A stretch of DNA of 64,000 nt. Origin: Polyangiales bacterium. GTDB taxonomy: Bacteria; Myxococcota_A; Polyangia; Polyangiales; Polyangiaceae. The position numbers and the translations under genes are program-made. The notes under the pieces were generated by a model, which was given only the letters and a program-made list of their open reading frames with translations, had not been told where the DNA came from and did not search any database. The DNA lies in contig JBBRLQ010000016.1 in NCBI GenBank assembly GCA_038231275.1, positions 96,001 through 160,000 of the forward strand. Direction: 5' to 3'. Position 1 is the first letter of the stretch, and every line of letters starts with the position of its first letter. Shown one piece after another: positions 60,879 to 64,000 of the stretch.

Positions 60879-61922
60879 ATGGCTCGTCTTCGCATTGGAA
60901 TTCTCGGCGCCACTGGCCTCGTCGGGCGCGAGACGATCGACCTCTGCCTCCGCGCGTGGCCCGACGCGGAGCTGCTTCTCTACGCCAGCCGAGACCAATC
61001 GACGAAGGTCGCCGGCAAGGAGCACCCCGTCCACGCCGCCACGCGCCTCGAGGCAGAGGACGCTCCGCGAGGCGATCTCGCCTTCGTCGCGCTCGACGAC
61101 GACCACAGCAAACGCTACGTCCCGCGCCTCCTCACGCTCGGCTACCGCGTCGTCGACAAGAGCAACACGTACCGCGCGGATCCGAACGTGCCGCTCGTCG
61201 CCGCCGGCGTGAACGACGATCTCGTCGACGACAAGGTCCACCTCGTCGCGAATCCCAACTGCACGACCATCCCGCTGGCGCTCGCGACCGCGCCGCTCCA
61301 ACGCCGCTTCGGCCTCACCGCCGCGACCGTGAGCACCTACCAAGCCGTCAGCGGCGCCGGCGTCGCCACGCTCGATCAGTTCCTCGCCGAATCGCAGAAA
61401 GGGTACGCCGAGCCCGATCGGCTCGGCCTCCGCTTCGATCCTGCGCGCTACGCTGGCAACACGGTCCCCCACAACGGCGGCACCGACGACAGCGGATTCT
61501 CGTCGGAGGAGCGCAAGCTCGTCTTCGAGAGCCGCAAGATCTTGCGCCTCCCCGAGCTCGCGATCTCGGCGCAGTGCTGCCGCGTGCCGGTGGCCGTCGG
61601 GCACTACGAGAACGTGTGGCTCACGCTCGGGGAGAAGGCCCCGCTCGAAGAGATCGCGCGCACGCTCGCCGACGCGCGCGAGGCCCCGTTCGTGAAGCTC
61701 CTCGGCGGCGCCGCGGGCGAAGGACTCAGCTCCGTCGCCTGCGTGCACGATCGCGATCGCACGCTCGTCGGTCGCGTGCGCCTCGACCCGCGCGACGTGT
61801 CGGGCAAGAGCCTGTGCCTCACGGTCGTCGCGGACAACCTCCGCCTCGGGGCGGCCACCAACGCCGTTCGCATCGCGAGTCGTTGGCACAGGGCGGCCGA
61901 CGCGGACCTGCGCCGAGGCTGA
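60879..61922 (+). CDS. asd: Aspartate-semialdehyde dehydrogenase
   Basis: GATGLVG, ANPNCTT, TYQAVSGAG, RVPV..GH, DNLRLGAA.N. Confidence 0.92.
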   Translation: MARLRIGILGATGLVGRETIDLCLRAWPDAELLLYASRDQSTKVAGKEHPVHAATRLEAEDAPRGDLAFVALDDDHSKRYVPRLLTLGYRVVDKSNTYRADPNVPLVAAGVNDDLVDDKVHLVANPNCTTIPLALATAPLQRRFGLTAATVSTYQAVSGAGVATLDQFLAESQKGYAEPDRLGLRFDPARYAGNTVPHNGGTDDSGFSSEERKLVFESRKILRLPELAISAQCCRVPVAVGHYENVWLTLGEKAPLEEIARTLADAREAPFVKLLGGAAGEGLSSVACVHDRDRTLVGRVRLDPRDVSGKSLCLTVVADNLRLGAATNAVRIASRWHRAADADLRRG

Positions 61923-62049
61923 GTCCGCGCGGATCCATAGGCGACGGCGCCGCGACTCGGGTCGCGAAGGGCTGCGATCTCGCGAGAGGCCGGCGCGGCG
62001 AAAAGAGGGCCACCTCGCGAATCCCCGCGAATTCCGCGGTGGCACGCGC

Positions 62050-62065
62050 TGGTGCGGTGCTTGCT
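62050..62065 (+). promoter_or_regulatory. Possible sigma54 promoter of the AraC gene
   Basis: TGGTGCGGTGCTTGCT (GG-N10-GC, TTGCT), 16 nt before the ATG. Confidence 0.45.
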
Positions 62066-62081
62066 CTAGGAGGGCTCCGGC

Positions 62082-63089
62082 ATGAATGGAAGCCTCTCGA
62101 TCCTGGTCATCCGGGCGTTGCATACCGCGCTGTCGCGCGACGGTGAGAGCGGCGACGAGCTCTTGCGTGCGCTCGACATCCCGCGCGAGCTGCTCGAACG
62201 AGGAGACGCGCGCCTCCCCGCCGCGGTCGTCTTCCGCGCCATCGAGCGTGCCGGCGCGCTGAGCGGCGATCCGTGCTTCTCGCTCCGCGCGGCCAGTGCG
62301 ATCCCTCTCGGGACCATCGACGTCCTCGACTTCGCGATGCGCAGCTCCGCCACGATGCGTGAAGCGCTAGAGCGCGCGGTCCGCTACTTCGCGCTGATCG
62401 ACGATTGCAGCGAGCTGCGCCTCGACGAGTCGGACGGCGTCGCGCGCCTCTCCGTCTCGCGGCGCATCACGACGTCGCCGCGCGTCGCCACCGAGCTCCT
62501 CTTCGCGGTCCTCCTCTCGCGCGGCCGCCTCCTCACCGGCGCGCCGTGGCCGCTCCGCGAAGTGCATTTCCTCGCCGGCCCTCCCGACGACGCCGCGCCC
62601 CACCGCCGGTTCTTCGACGCGCCGGTCGTCTTCGCCAGCGTGCGCAACGAGCTCGTCTTCGACGCGGCTTGGCTCGACACGCGCTGCGCCGAGGTCGACG
62701 CCGAGCTCTCCGCGTTCTTCGAGCGCCACGCCGAGGCGCTCCTCGCGCAGGTACACCAGCGCACCGAGCTCTTGGATCGCGTGCGCGCCGCCATCGCGGA
62801 ACCCGCCGCCGGCGCGGATCCGTCGCTGGAGATCACCGCGCGGCGCATCTCGCTGAGCCCGCGCACCTTGCAGCGCCGCCTCGAAGCGGGCGGCACGTCG
62901 TACAAAGCGCTCGTCGAAGAAGTCCGCCGCGCCCGCGCCTTGGCGCTCCTCGCCGACCCGCGCGTCGGGATCGCGGAGATCGGCGCGACCGTCGGCTACG
63001 GCGACGCGCGCGCGTTCTACCGCGCGTTCCGGCGGTGGACCGGCTCGACGCCCGCGAAGGTGCGATGCGAGATGGTCCAGCGCGCCTGA
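62082..63089 (+). CDS. AraC family transcriptional regulator (OruR/ArgR-like N-domain)
   Basis: SSATMREAL..RYF; FDAPVVF; SPRTLQRRL..GTSY; VGYGD..AFYRAFRRWTG.TP. Confidence 0.95.
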   Translation: MNGSLSILVIRALHTALSRDGESGDELLRALDIPRELLERGDARLPAAVVFRAIERAGALSGDPCFSLRAASAIPLGTIDVLDFAMRSSATMREALERAVRYFALIDDCSELRLDESDGVARLSVSRRITTSPRVATELLFAVLLSRGRLLTGAPWPLREVHFLAGPPDDAAPHRRFFDAPVVFASVRNELVFDAAWLDTRCAEVDAELSAFFERHAEALLAQVHQRTELLDRVRAAIAEPAAGADPSLEITARRISLSPRTLQRRLEAGGTSYKALVEEVRRARALALLADPRVGIAEIGATVGYGDARAFYRAFRRWTGSTPAKVRCEMVQRA

Positions 63090-63117
63090 ACGCCCCGGCT
63101 GAGGGACGACGGGCCGA

Positions 63118-64000
63118 TTACTGACAGACGATCGTGGTTCCCGGGCCGTTCGGACCGACGCATTTCTTCGGCGCGACGCAGTACTGGCCGCTCGCGATGC
63201 TGCCATTTTTGCACTCGAACGCGCCGGGGTTGATGGGGCTGCAGTAAAGCCCGTCCGCTTTGCCGACGCACGTGTCGCTGCCCGTCGGCGCAGAGGCAAC
63301 GGTCCCCTTCTTGATCGCCGCGGCGGCGACCCATCCGAAGCGTCCGGCCATCTCGCCGTACACGAAATACATCTTGCCGACGACCTTCGTACCGGCGTGC
63401 GTCGCGTCCTTCGTTTCGTAGAGCGCGATGCGGAGGATCGTGCGGTGGCTCGCGCTGGTGGACTTGAGCCGCTTGAACGCGAGGGCGCCGGCCGAGACGA
63501 CGAACGTGTCGGTGGCGGCGCCGCCGACGAGCGGAGTCTGGTACGCGAGGTTCAGGACGTTGCCGTCGCGGAGCATGTAGTCGCGCGCCTTCTCGCTGAC
63601 GTCGGGTCCGCTCTTGGGGCGAATCTTGAGCTGCGCCCACGCGGGCAGGCAGGTGGTCGACACGTAGGACGCAGGCGCGCAGCCGTAGTCTTCGGCGGAC
63701 TTGACGACGTACGACGTGGCCGCGAAGGACGAGCCCGCGCGCGGGGGAAGATCGTAGCGCTTGAACGCCGGGTCGGTGATGCCGGCCGCGGCGACCCACC
63801 CGCTCGCCGAGTGTCCGCCCGCGTCGACCGAGAACGCGTACACGTACTGCTTCTCGGTGGCGCTCCCCGCGACGGTCATCTTCTTCAGCTGCCCGAAGTT
63901 GATCTTCACGCACGGGTGTCCGAGGTTCGTCGGCGCCATCGCATCGGAGTAGCAGCCTCCCTCCACCACCCCGCGCGCGGTGCCGGAGCCGTCGTAGAGC
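63118..64000 (-). CDS. Hypothetical secreted-type protein with C-terminal Cys-rich module (5' end beyond the window)
   Basis: Frame open to the window edge; two GWVAAA motifs; tail CVGKADGLYC..C..YC..KC..C. Confidence 0.75.
   Translation of the reverse strand, partial: LYDGSGTARGVVEGGCYSDAMAPTNLGHPCVKINFGQLKKMTVAGSATEKQYVYAFSVDAGGHSASGWVAAAGITDPAFKRYDLPPRAGSSFAATSYVVKSAEDYGCAPASYVSTTCLPAWAQLKIRPKSGPDVSEKARDYMLRDGNVLNLAYQTPLVGGAATDTFVVSAGALAFKRLKSTSASHRTILRIALYETKDATHAGTKVVGKMYFVYGEMAGRFGWVAAAAIKKGTVASAPTGSDTCVGKADGLYCSPINPGAFECKNGSIASGQYCVAPKKCVGPNGPGTTIVCQ

Overview
A very GC-rich (about 70%), gene-dense window that reads like chromosomal DNA of a Polyangiales/Myxococcota-type deltaproteobacterium. 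That assignment is an inference from gene content: many Cys-rich lipoproteins with DAG/DSG linkers, PEGA/TPR and ECF modules, and a Ser/Thr kinase fold. About 55 CDSs are supportable. They include housekeeping enzymes (pfkA, nudC, asd), two TonB-dependent receptors, a Ni/Co permease, an ABC exporter, an L,D-transpeptidase and many secreted proteins of unknown function. I found no rRNA, tRNA, CRISPR array, integrase or transposase. Main observations: (1) a lipoprotein with a strikingly animal c-type (GH22)-like lysozyme domain behind a sigma54-type, nearly leaderless promoter; (2) an internally deleted relic of the TonB receptor gene that lies about 46.6 kb away, hidden in an intergenic region; (3) a secreted collagen-stalk fibre with a low-GC tip, flanked by a partner lipoprotein and TPR proteins; (4) a DUF6817-like/JmjC oxygenase fusion coupled to an ABC exporter; (5) a pseudokinase, a frameshifted gene and further condensed gene relics. 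All family calls are motif recognition by eye, not database hits.
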